Shown here one piece after another: positions 29,590 through 38,751 of a stretch of 64,000 nt of DNA. Numbering within the stretch: position 1 is the first letter of the stretch; every line of letters begins with the position of its first letter. Both the position numbers and the translations under genes were made by a program. This DNA is from Candidatus Bathyarchaeota archaeon (lineage in GTDB: Archaea > Thermoproteota > Bathyarchaeia > TCS64), in the NCBI GenBank assembly GCA_043826455.1, contig JBDRQD010000021.1, forward strand, positions 1 to 64,000. Reading direction: 5' to 3'. Below the pieces are notes generated by a model that worked only from the letters and a program-made list of their open reading frames with translations, was not told the origin of the DNA and made no database searches.

Positions 29590-31464
29590 CTAGACGGTTT
29601 CACGCACGTCACGGAACAACGTGTCCAGCTCAGGTATCCCGCTGACCGAGTCACTCTTCATGTAGGTTGGCAGAGTGAGAGAAATGAAGGGGTTACTGGC
29701 TTTACCGGCGAGCTCCAATTTTCCTCCGACATCCACGACCTCCTCCCTGCAGAGGATGATCTCAGGGTCCTTACTGATGCTGTTAATCACGTCCAGAGTC
29801 CTAACGCTGCTTGACTCGTCCAGAATGTTGGAGAACACGAGCTTGACGAAGCTTTCACTGGACTCCACTAGAAGGTCCATCTTACCCGTGCCCACTCTAT
29901 CCGAGACCTTCTGCAGTATAGTGCTCAGGAAGTTGCAGAGCCTTGAATCATCAACATTAGCCACTATCTCACCGACGTGTCTAGTGTTGACCTCCATAGC
30001 CCTGTTCTTAGGCTGGTTCAAGGTATCTAACACTAAGTCTATTACACTCTTCTCAGACGGCTTGAAAATGGTCTCATCAGTCCTGCTGAGGAATCCTTCC
30101 AGGATCTTCAGCGCCATGTCAAGAGTGTTCGTGATCTCTGGGAGGCTTTCCCTGAACTTGTTCTGATCTCCCGAAGCCTCTTCACACAGGTACTTCACGT
30201 GGCGCATGGGGTAAATTATCTCGCTTCCTATGAGGTACGCCAGCTGCCCTATGGAGAGGAGAAGGGTGTTGTTTGTCTCGCTAGGCAGTTCAAGGGTGGG
30301 CCCCAGAGGGACTTTTCCGTTCTCTTCACTCCGTTTGCGCTCGGTGATGTCTCGGAGGATGGCTATGAGTTCCTTCTTACCCGAGACATTGATGAGGGCT
30401 ATGTGAGCCTCGCCCCAGCCCATCTTACCGTCCTTTGAGACGTACTTGAACTCGAAGGGGGGAGGAAGGTTTCCGCGCAGGACGCCACTGAACACCCTGA
30501 AGTAGTTCTTCAGGTCGGAGCTTCTGATGGACTTGAGTTTAATGAAGCTTTTACCCAGCACTTCCTGGCTCTCGTAGCCGGTGATCCGGCAGAACGCGGA
30601 GTTGACGGACGTCACATCGCCCTTCAAGTCCAGGGTGATGATCCCGTCGGGGGCCAACTCGACCAGGGATTGGAGCCTCTCCTGGGTCTCCCGTTTCTCT
30701 GCCTCCAGCCTGTTCTTCTCGGTGATGTCTCTGACAAAGGAGAGGACACCTATCTTGCCGTTGTAGGTAACTGGGCTTGTGCTCACCTCGACCTGAATGA
30801 TCTTGCCGTCCTTCCTCTTCAACCTGTACTGGTTGTACTCTTCGCTTCTACCCTTCTCGATGACTTCCTTGAACCGGTTGAGGGCCCTCTGCTTGTCCTC
30901 ACCCACGGCGAAGTTGAAGGGGTTCTGGAGCTCAGAGCCGTCGCTGACCCCCAGGAGGTCCAGGAACGCCTTGTTGGCGAAGACTACCTTCTTGTCCACC
31001 GAGATGATGAGGGCGTCCCGGGTCTGCTCTATGACCGTCCTGTATAGGGTGTCTACCCTCTTCTTCTCCACGACACTCCTTATGCGCTTGGCCAGAACCT
31101 GGTAGTGGCTGGGGTCCATCTCCTTCCTCAGGTAGTCGTCTATTCCTACACTGAAGGCCGCCTCCGCCACCTCCTCGCTACCCTGGCCCGTGTAGATGAT
31201 GATGGGGATGTCGAACTCCTTCCTGATCATGGCTGCGAGCTCGATGCCGTTGAGATCGGGCATCTGGTAGTCTGTGACTACGCAGTCGAACCTGTTCTTC
31301 CGTAGCTCTTTCAGTGCCTGGTTGGGGTCGCTCACGGCGCTGATGGAGAAGGTGCCGTCGGAGACGGGTAGAAAGTACTTGAGGAACTCTCCCTGGCTCA
31401 TGTCGTCGTCTACATGGAGAATCCTAATTACATCTGTCTGGTCGACGACGACGTTCCGGTACAC
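29590..31464 (-). CDS. REC-PAS-PAS protein with degenerate histidine-kinase-like C-terminus
   Basis: ILHVDDD, TDYQMP, YTGQGSEEVA, YLRK; two PAS/PAC (RDITE); start uncertain (GTG 31464 chosen). Confidence 0.88.
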   Translation of the reverse strand: MYRNVVVDQTDVIRILHVDDDMSQGEFLKYFLPVSDGTFSISAVSDPNQALKELRKNRFDCVVTDYQMPDLNGIELAAMIRKEFDIPIIIYTGQGSEEVAEAAFSVGIDDYLRKEMDPSHYQVLAKRIRSVVEKKRVDTLYRTVIEQTRDALIISVDKKVVFANKAFLDLLGVSDGSELQNPFNFAVGEDKQRALNRFKEVIEKGRSEEYNQYRLKRKDGKIIQVEVSTSPVTYNGKIGVLSFVRDITEKNRLEAEKRETQERLQSLVELAPDGIITLDLKGDVTSVNSAFCRITGYESQEVLGKSFIKLKSIRSSDLKNYFRVFSGVLRGNLPPPFEFKYVSKDGKMGWGEAHIALINVSGKKELIAILRDITERKRSEENGKVPLGPTLELPSETNNTLLLSIGQLAYLIGSEIIYPMRHVKYLCEEASGDQNKFRESLPEITNTLDMALKILEGFLSRTDETIFKPSEKSVIDLVLDTLNQPKNRAMEVNTRHVGEIVANVDDSRLCNFLSTILQKVSDRVGTGKMDLLVESSESFVKLVFSNILDESSSVRTLDVINSISKDPEIILCREEVVDVGGKLELAGKASNPFISLTLPTYMKSDSVSGIPELDTLFRDVRETV

Positions 31465-31729
31465 GCGTATCGGGTGACACCTACTAGGCGTATTTAAAGG
31501 AATTATTGACTGGTGTTCTAGTGCCCTAATCACGTTTATTGGTGGATTTTTTCATGCTTTGGAACCGTTTATAGGGTGCCGCAACTGAAGCATTACTTGA
31601 TAGCAGCCTCATCTCGTTAACCAAAAACGGTTACTATATCAAAAAATTGCACACGAGTACGTTACCTCCTTCGTGGGTAACCCGTGCTACACAAATCATT
31701 TGAAATGGGCAGGTTCACCAGTCTCCCCC

Positions 31730-32032
31730 ATGTCCATGCGCGACGTCAGGATCACCGTAGTGAAGAAGGTCTCCAACGCGGATATCCACGGAAGGTACGC
31801 CGTCAGGGGAATACCCGCCGCCTGCGACACCGTGGAGGTGGGCATGGAGTTCATATCGAAGGGCATGGCGATGCCGCCCAACTTCTGCAGTTGGGCGTGG
31901 GCCGACATCCAGAGGGATGTGGCCCACCTGGCCATGGGGGGTGATGTTCCATGGATGAAGGAGAAGGGCACCATGATCTGCTGCTGCACCGACGGGCTAC
32001 GCCCCGTGGTCTTCAAGCTGGAGAGGCTTTAA
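31730..32032 (+). CDS. TIGR04076-like Cys-containing protein
   Basis: P.NFCSWAW.DI, CCTDGLRPVVFKLERL. Confidence 0.85.
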   Translation: MSMRDVRITVVKKVSNADIHGRYAVRGIPAACDTVEVGMEFISKGMAMPPNFCSWAWADIQRDVAHLAMGGDVPWMKEKGTMICCCTDGLRPVVFKLERL

Positions 32033-32071
32033 TCTCGGCGACAAGGCGAACAGCTGCGTCTTCACGGTTAC

Positions 32072-32692
32072 CTAGATGTTCTTGACTGTCTCCTCTGTGG
32101 CGATCCTGAGGGCCCGCACGGTGGTCTCCAGGCTCATGGATGGCGTCCCCTTGTCAGCCACCTGCTCGGGTAGGGGTGGGACGTGGATGAACCCGGCCGG
32201 GATGTCGAGTCCCTCCTCATCTAGGTGATGCATGAGTTCGTAGAAGACGTGGTTGCACCCGAAAGTCCCGGCGCTGTTGGATATGACGGACGGTATGCCT
32301 GCGTCCCTCAGAGCCTTCAGGATACTCCTGAGGGGCAGCCTCGACCAGTAGGCCACCGGCCCATCCTCCACTATGGGTTTGTCCACCGGCTGAGTGCCGC
32401 AGTTATAGGGTATCCTGGCGTCGGCAACGTTGATGGCCAACCTCTCCAGGTTGATGGTGGCGACCCCCGACTGACCTGTGCAGATTATCGCTGACGGCCT
32501 GTGCTTTTTTATAGCTGCCAAGAGCCCAGCCCTCATCTCGTCGTATCTGAGGGGGATCATCTCAACCATGACCCGGTGCCCGTTAACTGTCTCCCCCTCC
32601 AGCCTCCTGCAGGCCTCTATGGATGGGTTCACGTGGCTTCCCCCGAAGGGCTCGAAGCCGGTGAGCAGCACTTTTCCTTTCATATCGGTCAT
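32072..32692 (-). CDS. pcp: Pyroglutamyl-peptidase I
   Basis: LLTGFEPFGG..NPS, ERLAIN, SAGTFGCN, GFIHVP (E/C/H triad). Confidence 0.94.
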   Translation of the reverse strand: MTDMKGKVLLTGFEPFGGSHVNPSIEACRRLEGETVNGHRVMVEMIPLRYDEMRAGLLAAIKKHRPSAIICTGQSGVATINLERLAINVADARIPYNCGTQPVDKPIVEDGPVAYWSRLPLRSILKALRDAGIPSVISNSAGTFGCNHVFYELMHHLDEEGLDIPAGFIHVPPLPEQVADKGTPSMSLETTVRALRIATEETVKNI

Positions 32693-32748
32693 ATGTATTC
32701 GGCTCGGCCACGGAAAACACTTTCCGGGCGGGCCACCCATCTATTGAC

Positions 32749-33783
32749 ATGGAGTCAGGTGAGCGCTGGGGGCGTCTCCCAGACGGCGGGTGGGCCCACA
32801 GGGTTAAGCTGGTCAACGGGGGCGGGTGCAGGGTAACGGTCACCGACTACGGGGCGACGGTGACATCCATAATTGCCCCGGACAGGGACGGCGTAGCCGG
32901 AGAGGTGGTCCTCGGCTTCAACGACTTGGACGGCTACCTTCGGTCGAGGTCCTACTTCGGGTGCACGGTGGGCAGGTACGCCAACAGGATAAGGGAGGGG
33001 CGGTTCACCCTGGACGGAGTCGAGCACACAGTCACCAGGAACCATGGCAGGCACCACCTCCACGGGGGCATAAGGGGGTTCGACAAGGCCCTGTGGAGCG
33101 TGGAGGAAGCCGACGAGTCCAGTGTAGCCCTCAGCCACCGTAGCGTCAACGGAGAGGAGGGGTACCCGGGCCAACTGAACGCCACTGTATGCTTCTCACT
33201 GACGGACAGAGACGAGCTGGAGATAAACTACGAGGCCGTCACAGACAGGCCCACGGTTGTCAACTTGACTAACCACACATACTTCAACCTGGCCGGGGTG
33301 GGGGATGTCCTCGGACACGTCCTGGAGCTTAACGCCGACAGCTATACACCGGCTGACGATGATCTGCTGCCGTTGGGCGAGGTTGCCAGAGTGAAGGGGA
33401 CCCCTCTTAATTTCCGTGAACCTAAAAAGGTGGGGAGAGACATCGGGTCAAAGCACCCTCAGATGCTTTTGGCTGGCGGCTACGACCATAACTACGTCCT
33501 GAGGGGCAGCGGCCTGAGGCGGGCGGCCACGCTGTGTGACCCCGTGACAGGGAGAGTCATGGAGGTGCGCACCACTCAGCCGGGGCTTCAGCTCTACACA
33601 GGCAACTTCCTGGACGGCGCGGAGCCGGGTAGATGGGGCGAACCCATCCTGAAGCACTCAGGGCTCTGTCTGGAGACTCAGCACTACCCGGACTCTCCTA
33701 ATCACCCTAATTTTCCTTCCACGGTTCTCAAGCCGGGGGAAACCTATAACCATAGGACGGTCCTCAGGTTCACCGTGATGTAA
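32749..33783 (+). CDS. galM: Aldose 1-epimerase (galactose mutarotase)
   Basis: GRYANRI, HLHGG, GYPG, NLTNHTYFNL, GYDHNY, CLETQ. Confidence 0.94.
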   Translation: MESGERWGRLPDGGWAHRVKLVNGGGCRVTVTDYGATVTSIIAPDRDGVAGEVVLGFNDLDGYLRSRSYFGCTVGRYANRIREGRFTLDGVEHTVTRNHGRHHLHGGIRGFDKALWSVEEADESSVALSHRSVNGEEGYPGQLNATVCFSLTDRDELEINYEAVTDRPTVVNLTNHTYFNLAGVGDVLGHVLELNADSYTPADDDLLPLGEVARVKGTPLNFREPKKVGRDIGSKHPQMLLAGGYDHNYVLRGSGLRRAATLCDPVTGRVMEVRTTQPGLQLYTGNFLDGAEPGRWGEPILKHSGLCLETQHYPDSPNHPNFPSTVLKPGETYNHRTVLRFTVM

Positions 33784-33784
33784 G

Positions 33785-34267
33785 GTGGTTACCAGAGAGG
33801 AGACTGTTAAGAGGGCTGCGGGCTACGCCGAGGACGGCTTCCTCTGCTCCGAGGCTGTTCTCATGGCCATCAGGGACGCCCTTGGCTTCTCATGTGGGTG
33901 CATCCCCCGGGTGGCCACCGGTTTCGCGGCGGGGGTTGGCCGCACAGGGAACCTCTGCGGCGCCTTCACAGGAGCCGTCATGGGTCTGGGCCTCGCCCTA
34001 GGCCGGGACCGGCCCACTGTGGGTGACCGGCCACCTCACTGGTACTCGAGGAAGATGGCGGAGGCCTTTGAGGGGGCGGAGGGCTCTCTGACGTGCCCCG
34101 GCATCCTGGGCCTGGACATCGGGGACCCTGAGGACTACCAGACCTACAGGGACCGGAACATGTGGGGCACGGTCTGTAGGGACCTGATAAAAACGGCTGC
34201 CGGGCTAGCCTACGATGTTCTTGTCGAGGAAAAAGTTGTGGGTGGGGCTGCTCACACGGGTGCGTAG
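33785..34267 (+). CDS. C_GCAxxG_C_C family putative redox protein
   Basis: GFLCSEAV, G.LCGA.TG, C..I, C. Confidence 0.88.
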   Translation: MVTREETVKRAAGYAEDGFLCSEAVLMAIRDALGFSCGCIPRVATGFAAGVGRTGNLCGAFTGAVMGLGLALGRDRPTVGDRPPHWYSRKMAEAFEGAEGSLTCPGILGLDIGDPEDYQTYRDRNMWGTVCRDLIKTAAGLAYDVLVEEKVVGGAAHTGA

Positions 34268-34431
34268 AAGCACCGCTTGGGTGAGTGGACCTTTCCCTCC
34301 TTCTTGAGGGCGTCGATGGCCTTGGACACGTCCTTGCTGTCCATGCCCAGGCTCTTGGCGACGTCTCCGGGGCGCACAGGCTTGCCGGCGTCCTTCATGG
34401 CCTTAAGTACTTTGTCCTTGTGCTCGCTCAA
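34252..34431 (-). CDS. 59-aa winged-helix DNA-binding protein
   Basis: Own translation MSEHKDKVLKAMKDAGKPVRPGDVAKSLGMDSKDVSKAIDALKKEGKVHSPKRCFYAPV; GAGGTGA RBS; not in ORF track. Confidence 0.85.
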   Translation of the reverse strand: MSEHKDKVLKAMKDAGKPVRPGDVAKSLGMDSKDVSKAIDALKKEGKVHSPKRCFYAPV

Positions 34432-34495
34432 GGGTTCACCTCAAGGGCTTACCGGAGCTAACAGTTATTAAGTTTACCCGCGCATCAGTACGCTC

Positions 34496-35023
34496 ATGAA
34501 GGTGGCGGTGGGGTCTCCCAACCCTCTGAAGGCCGAGGCGGTCAGAGACGCCTTCAGCATGTTCTTCAAGGACGTGGAGGTGGTGTCCGTAGACGTGGCC
34601 TCCGAGGTGCGCCCCTTCCCCGTGGGCGACATGGAGATCATGACCGGCGCAGCTAACAGAGCCAAGGGCGCCAAGGTGAGCTGCCCAGACTGCGAGTACT
34701 CGGTGGGCATCGAGGGCGGCGTGGTGGAGTTCGCGGGCAGGTGGTTCGACCGCAACTACGCCGTGGTGCTCTGGAACGGCAGGATGGGTGTAGGCTGCTC
34801 CGCGGGCTACGAGATAGACGAGTCCATCCTGCGCCAGGTGAACCCCGAGACAGACGAAAGCAAGAAGGTTATCGACAGGATCATGGGTGAGGAAAACGTG
34901 TTCGACGGCATCGGCGTCATCGGGGTCATGACCCAGAGGAAGCTCACCAGGACAGATGTGCTGAGGGACGCCGTGGCCTGCGCCCTTACACGGGTCGTCG
35001 CCCCCTGGCTTTACGGCGGCTAG
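34496..35023 (+). CDS. yjjX: Inosine/xanthosine triphosphatase (YjjX/DUF84 family)
   Basis: VAVGS.NP.K, GA.NRA, VGIEGG, G.IG.MT...LTR. Confidence 0.88.
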   Translation: MKVAVGSPNPLKAEAVRDAFSMFFKDVEVVSVDVASEVRPFPVGDMEIMTGAANRAKGAKVSCPDCEYSVGIEGGVVEFAGRWFDRNYAVVLWNGRMGVGCSAGYEIDESILRQVNPETDESKKVIDRIMGEENVFDGIGVIGVMTQRKLTRTDVLRDAVACALTRVVAPWLYGG

Positions 35024-35242
35024 AGCCCCTGAAGTGTGTTTGTGAGCTTACCCTGCCCACCAAAGGAGGGCTCGGTGCTTCAGAACCTGCTCATGTCTTG
35101 GTAGATCTGCTACCTACCTCAAACCGGTCGTTCACCCTTGCTCAGATTGCTGAACCTCTTGGCGAACTTCACCGAGACCCGCATTCCTGCTTGAGCCTTG
35201 GGAAGTGACGCGGATGTTCAAAGGAGCTGCTCCTCTGAAGTG

Positions 35243-35390
35243 GAATCCAGCTAAAAGCAATCCAAATTTTTTCACATTCTTCCACGCAGCTGTCATCAAC
35301 GCCTTAAATTCGTTAGCTTGTAACAAACCCCGGAACCCCAGAGAACCACCCTAAAAAACAGGAATACCCAGCCACTAGGTACAAACCCTC
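35243..35390. repeat. Dispersed non-coding repeat, copy A
   Basis: Shares 28/29, 22/23 and 17/18-nt blocks with 62601..62720. Confidence 0.8.
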
Positions 35391-35406
35391 AGACAGCCAA
35401 AGAAAA

Positions 35407-35479
35407 TGGACTGGGGGGGATTCGAACCCCCGACTTCTGACTTGCGAAGCCAGCGTTCATACCACTGAACTACCAGCCC
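35407..35479 (-). tRNA. tRNA-Ala(CGC), CCA not encoded
   Basis: GGGCTGG/CCAGTCC acceptor stem with G3:U70, CTGGC-TTCGCAA-GTCAG anticodon arm, GGTTCGAATCC. Confidence 0.96.
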
Positions 35480-35579
35480 CCGCCCCAGATGAAATCGCCC
35501 GTCCAGATAAAAACGTTGAGGAAACGGAGCGACGAACAGCGAGAACACGGGCAAACGATGTTACCAAGAGACGCTTCAG

Positions 35580-36188
35580 CTAAGTGCTCCTGAAGGGGAT
35601 CGTCCTCTCCTCGGCCCCACCGGCCTTCAGTATGAGCAGATCTATGCCGTCGCCGCTCACAGCGTCCCTGGCTATGGCCGCCTTCATAGCCTTAAGCGCC
35701 AGCTTGACCCCCGCCTCGCAGTCCAGGCCCTTGCTGTAGTCAGACTCCAGCACCCCCATGGCTATCGGCGCCCCGGAGCCCGCGGATATATAGTCGTCGG
35801 GTATGAGGCTGCCCACCAGGTCCATGCTATACAACTGGGGCCCATCAGGGTCGACGCCCCCCACCAGCGTCTCCATGATGAGGGGCATCATGCGTCTGTT
35901 GAACAGCATGTTGGAGATGAGCTTGCTCATGGCCTTCGTGGTGATGGGCCGCCCCTTCTCCAGCCTGAACAGGTTGGCGTAGGCCTCGGCCTCCCTGACC
36001 AGGGCCTGCATGTCGCTCATGAGGCCCGCAAAGGCAAGGCCTATGTTGTCTGTGAGCTTGAACACCTTCTTGCCGCTCTTGCTGCTTATGAGGTACCCCC
36101 AGCTGACCCTCTTGTCGCTGGCTAGCACCACGCCGTCGCTGCAGACCAGGCCAACCGTAGTGGCCCCCTGTATCGCTTGGTAGCCCAT
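35580..36188 (-). CDS. psmB: Proteasome beta subunit
   Basis: TVGLVC.DGVVLASD.R, KKVFK, GGVD..GP.LY..D..GS, GSG, RD..SGDGID. Confidence 0.93.
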   Translation of the reverse strand: MGYQAIQGATTVGLVCSDGVVLASDKRVSWGYLISSKSGKKVFKLTDNIGLAFAGLMSDMQALVREAEAYANLFRLEKGRPITTKAMSKLISNMLFNRRMMPLIMETLVGGVDPDGPQLYSMDLVGSLIPDDYISAGSGAPIAMGVLESDYSKGLDCEAGVKLALKAMKAAIARDAVSGDGIDLLILKAGGAEERTIPFRST

Positions 36189-36242
36189 CTGTGCCTCACT
36201 TTCCAGAGTTGTTTACGGGACGCGCGATATATACGTTGCCCA

Positions 36243-37382
36243 TCACAGGCGGTACACCCTGCTCGTGTCCCGGGGCTTCCTCCACTCCACCGAGTATCCG
36301 AGGGCCTCCAGGACGGGCATGAAGTTCCTGACACCGTGGTTACGGAGGACGGACCGGGCCTCACCCAGGGTCTCAGCCCCCCTCAGAGCCTCTATAATCT
36401 CCTCCAGCTTCTCAGGGGTCACCAGGACGCCACCTAAGTCCTTGTACTTGAATCCCTCGTCCCTGATCTCCTTCAGCAGCCTGTCCTCTGTGACGCCCCT
36501 GCGGGCTGCCAGCTCCTCTAGAATTATGAGGTCGCCGTGCGGGGGCTTCTTGGGCTTCCTCGGCGTTATCTCTATGATGGTCTCCTCCTCCGCCGGGTCC
36601 CTCTCCAGTAAGCCGCCGTGGACGTCACTGCTGAGGGTGAGCACCCCCTGCCTCTTGTTGGTGGACGGGTAGTTGATGACGGCCTCTAGGGTCCACCGGC
36701 CAGCCTTCAGGAGCCGGCCCATGAGCTCATCCACCCTGGAGCCCCTCATGCTGATGCGGTTAGTGGGCTTCATGGACACACTCACGGTGTGAGCCCAAGT
36801 ACCCCCGGACGCCTCCACGTCCCCCAGGGCGCCGGCCAGGGACTCCAGATACTCGTCTCTCCGCCCCGTGGCCACTGTGATCCTTCTGCTATAGGCCAGG
36901 AGCGCCACAGTCTGAGCGTAGTTGTAGCGCCTGTTCAGCTCCTCCGGCGTCGGCTCCTTGAACTCGGCGACCCTCTGCTCCTCCTCTAGGTCCGCGTAGA
37001 GACTGGAGTCAAGCTGCGCTGCCTCGACGCCCAGCCTACCTGCCACCTTCTCCAGGACTTCCAGCCTCTCGGCTTCGGTGGTCACCATTTTAGCCCCTGC
37101 CTCCTTGAAGACCTCTGACCGCGCAGTGATCGGAGGCACGGCCGAGTCCACAGCGAAAAGGGTTCTGCTATCCAGGACCGAGGCGAGGCCCCTCACCAGC
37201 CTGTAGTCGTATCCCAGCTCCTCGCAGTCGGACACTGCCTCCAGCAGCTCCCCCCTCATACGGTCCACGTGGTCCACATAGACCGCTATTAGGGTCTTGG
37301 CCAGGCTCGTCTCGTCCCCCAGGAAGATGGGGCGCAGGACCTCGCCCCTCCTGTACACTCTCAGGTGCTCCGTGGGCAGCAT
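36243..37382 (-). CDS. Bax1/DUF790-like protein lacking the nuclease domain
   Basis: MLP.E.L, DYRLVRGLA, LYADLEEE, EL..RYN N-terminal Bax1 motifs; coupled to XPB by TGATG. Confidence 0.82.
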   Translation of the reverse strand: MLPTEHLRVYRRGEVLRPIFLGDETSLAKTLIAVYVDHVDRMRGELLEAVSDCEELGYDYRLVRGLASVLDSRTLFAVDSAVPPITARSEVFKEAGAKMVTTEAERLEVLEKVAGRLGVEAAQLDSSLYADLEEEQRVAEFKEPTPEELNRRYNYAQTVALLAYSRRITVATGRRDEYLESLAGALGDVEASGGTWAHTVSVSMKPTNRISMRGSRVDELMGRLLKAGRWTLEAVINYPSTNKRQGVLTLSSDVHGGLLERDPAEEETIIEITPRKPKKPPHGDLIILEELAARRGVTEDRLLKEIRDEGFKYKDLGGVLVTPEKLEEIIEALRGAETLGEARSVLRNHGVRNFMPVLEALGYSVEWRKPRDTSRVYRL

Positions 37383-38704
37383 CAACGCTGGCGTCTCCTG
37401 GCGCTCATGTGGGTCTCGGCGGTGTCCGCGGAGACTAGCTCGTAGAGTATCGCCTGCTTCCCGGGGCGCTTCCTGAGTATCCTGCCCAGGCGCTGGATGA
37501 ACTGGCGGCTGCTTCCTGATCCGGAGATGATGACTGCTACTGAGGCGTCGGGGACGTCTACCCCCTCGTCCAGCACCCTGCTGGTGACGATCCTCCGGTA
37601 GGTGCCGTCCCTGAACCTGCCCAGTATCTCCTCACGCTCCTCTCGGGGCGTCATGTGGGTGATGGCTGGGATGAGCAGCTCCCTGCTTAGCCTGTACACC
37701 AGCTTGTTGTGGCTTGTGAATATGAGGGTCTTCTCCTCTGGGTTAGCCCTCAGCAGGCTCTTCAGGTACGCTATCTTGCTGCCGCTGTTCAACGCCAGGT
37801 CCATGGCCCTGTTCCTGGCCATGAGGGCGCGCCTCGCCTCGGGGTCCCGGGCGCTGCGCCTCACGAACCTGAGGTAGTCTCTGCTGCTCCTGATCCTAAT
37901 GTTACGGCTACTGAGGAATCCTCGGTATATCTGGTACTGGTGTTCGTACTCCTGCTTCTCCTGGGGTGACAGGGGCAGCTTGACCGTCTTCACCGCGTAG
38001 TCCGCCAAGTGGGTGCCCGCCAGGTGCTCGGGGTCCAGGCTGTAAACCACTGGCCCCACGATCTCCTGGTAAAGTTCCCTGGTGGCCTCGTCCGCCTGGA
38101 GGGTGGCCGTCAACCCCAGTCTGAAGGGGGCTAGGTATCTGATGGCGATCCGTCTGTATGTGGGGGCGGCCAGATGGTGGACCTCGTCGAAGACTAGGAA
38201 CCTGAACAGGTTACCCAGGGTCCTGCTCCTGAGGCTGGCTGAGTCGTAGGTGGCCACGGTTATGGGCCTTATCTCGTCGTGGCCTCCGCCCAGGGCTCCT
38301 ATCCTCTGCTTGAAGGCGTCCTCCAGCACCTGCCTCCACTGGTCCACCAGCACCACGGTGGGCACAACAACCAGCGTGGAGCACTGGAGCTCCTCCAAGG
38401 CCTTCACGGCCAGGACGGTCTTGCCCGCCCCCGTGGGCAGCACCACGATGCCTCTGCCGCCCGCCTTCTTCCACCTGCTATGGGCCTCGGCCTGGTAGTC
38501 TCGCAACTGGAGGCTCGTTTTGAGGGACGGCGTGGCCTCGTCCCTGAGGGCCTTGTCCTTATACTCAGCCCCTGTCGCTTTCAGGTGTCTGATGATCTCC
38601 TGGTACATGTAGGCCGGGAACTCGTCCGAGGGCTCCAATGTGTCCAGGTAGAGGGGTCCCCCCTCAACCGTGACCCTGCCCCTCTGGTAGTGGAGGGTGA
38701 TCAT
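37382..38704 (-). CDS. xpb: XPB/Rad25-like superfamily 2 helicase (XPB2)
   Basis: LRDYQ, PTGAGKT, TYDS, DEVHH, LGLTAT, LDEGVDVP, QRLGRILR. Confidence 0.92.
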   Translation of the reverse strand: MITLHYQRGRVTVEGGPLYLDTLEPSDEFPAYMYQEIIRHLKATGAEYKDKALRDEATPSLKTSLQLRDYQAEAHSRWKKAGGRGIVVLPTGAGKTVLAVKALEELQCSTLVVVPTVVLVDQWRQVLEDAFKQRIGALGGGHDEIRPITVATYDSASLRSRTLGNLFRFLVFDEVHHLAAPTYRRIAIRYLAPFRLGLTATLQADEATRELYQEIVGPVVYSLDPEHLAGTHLADYAVKTVKLPLSPQEKQEYEHQYQIYRGFLSSRNIRIRSSRDYLRFVRRSARDPEARRALMARNRAMDLALNSGSKIAYLKSLLRANPEEKTLIFTSHNKLVYRLSRELLIPAITHMTPREEREEILGRFRDGTYRRIVTSRVLDEGVDVPDASVAVIISGSGSSRQFIQRLGRILRKRPGKQAILYELVSADTAETHMSARRRQR

Positions 38705-38751
38705 CGTGGCTTTTCTTTCAGTATATCCGCGCACATGGGGATAAGGTATAC

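Noticed and set aside
34252..34431. Z-alpha (Z-DNA/RNA-binding) domain
   Set aside because: wHTH-like spacing is similar but the key Asn, Tyr and Trp residues are missing; kept as a generic wHTH
35024..35240. SRP or RNase P RNA, or a MoaD/SAMP-like pseudogene (MRVSVKFAKRF... at 35184-35119 minus)
   Set aside because: Signature RNA motifs absent; the peptide is only 21 aa with no C-terminal GG, too weak to call
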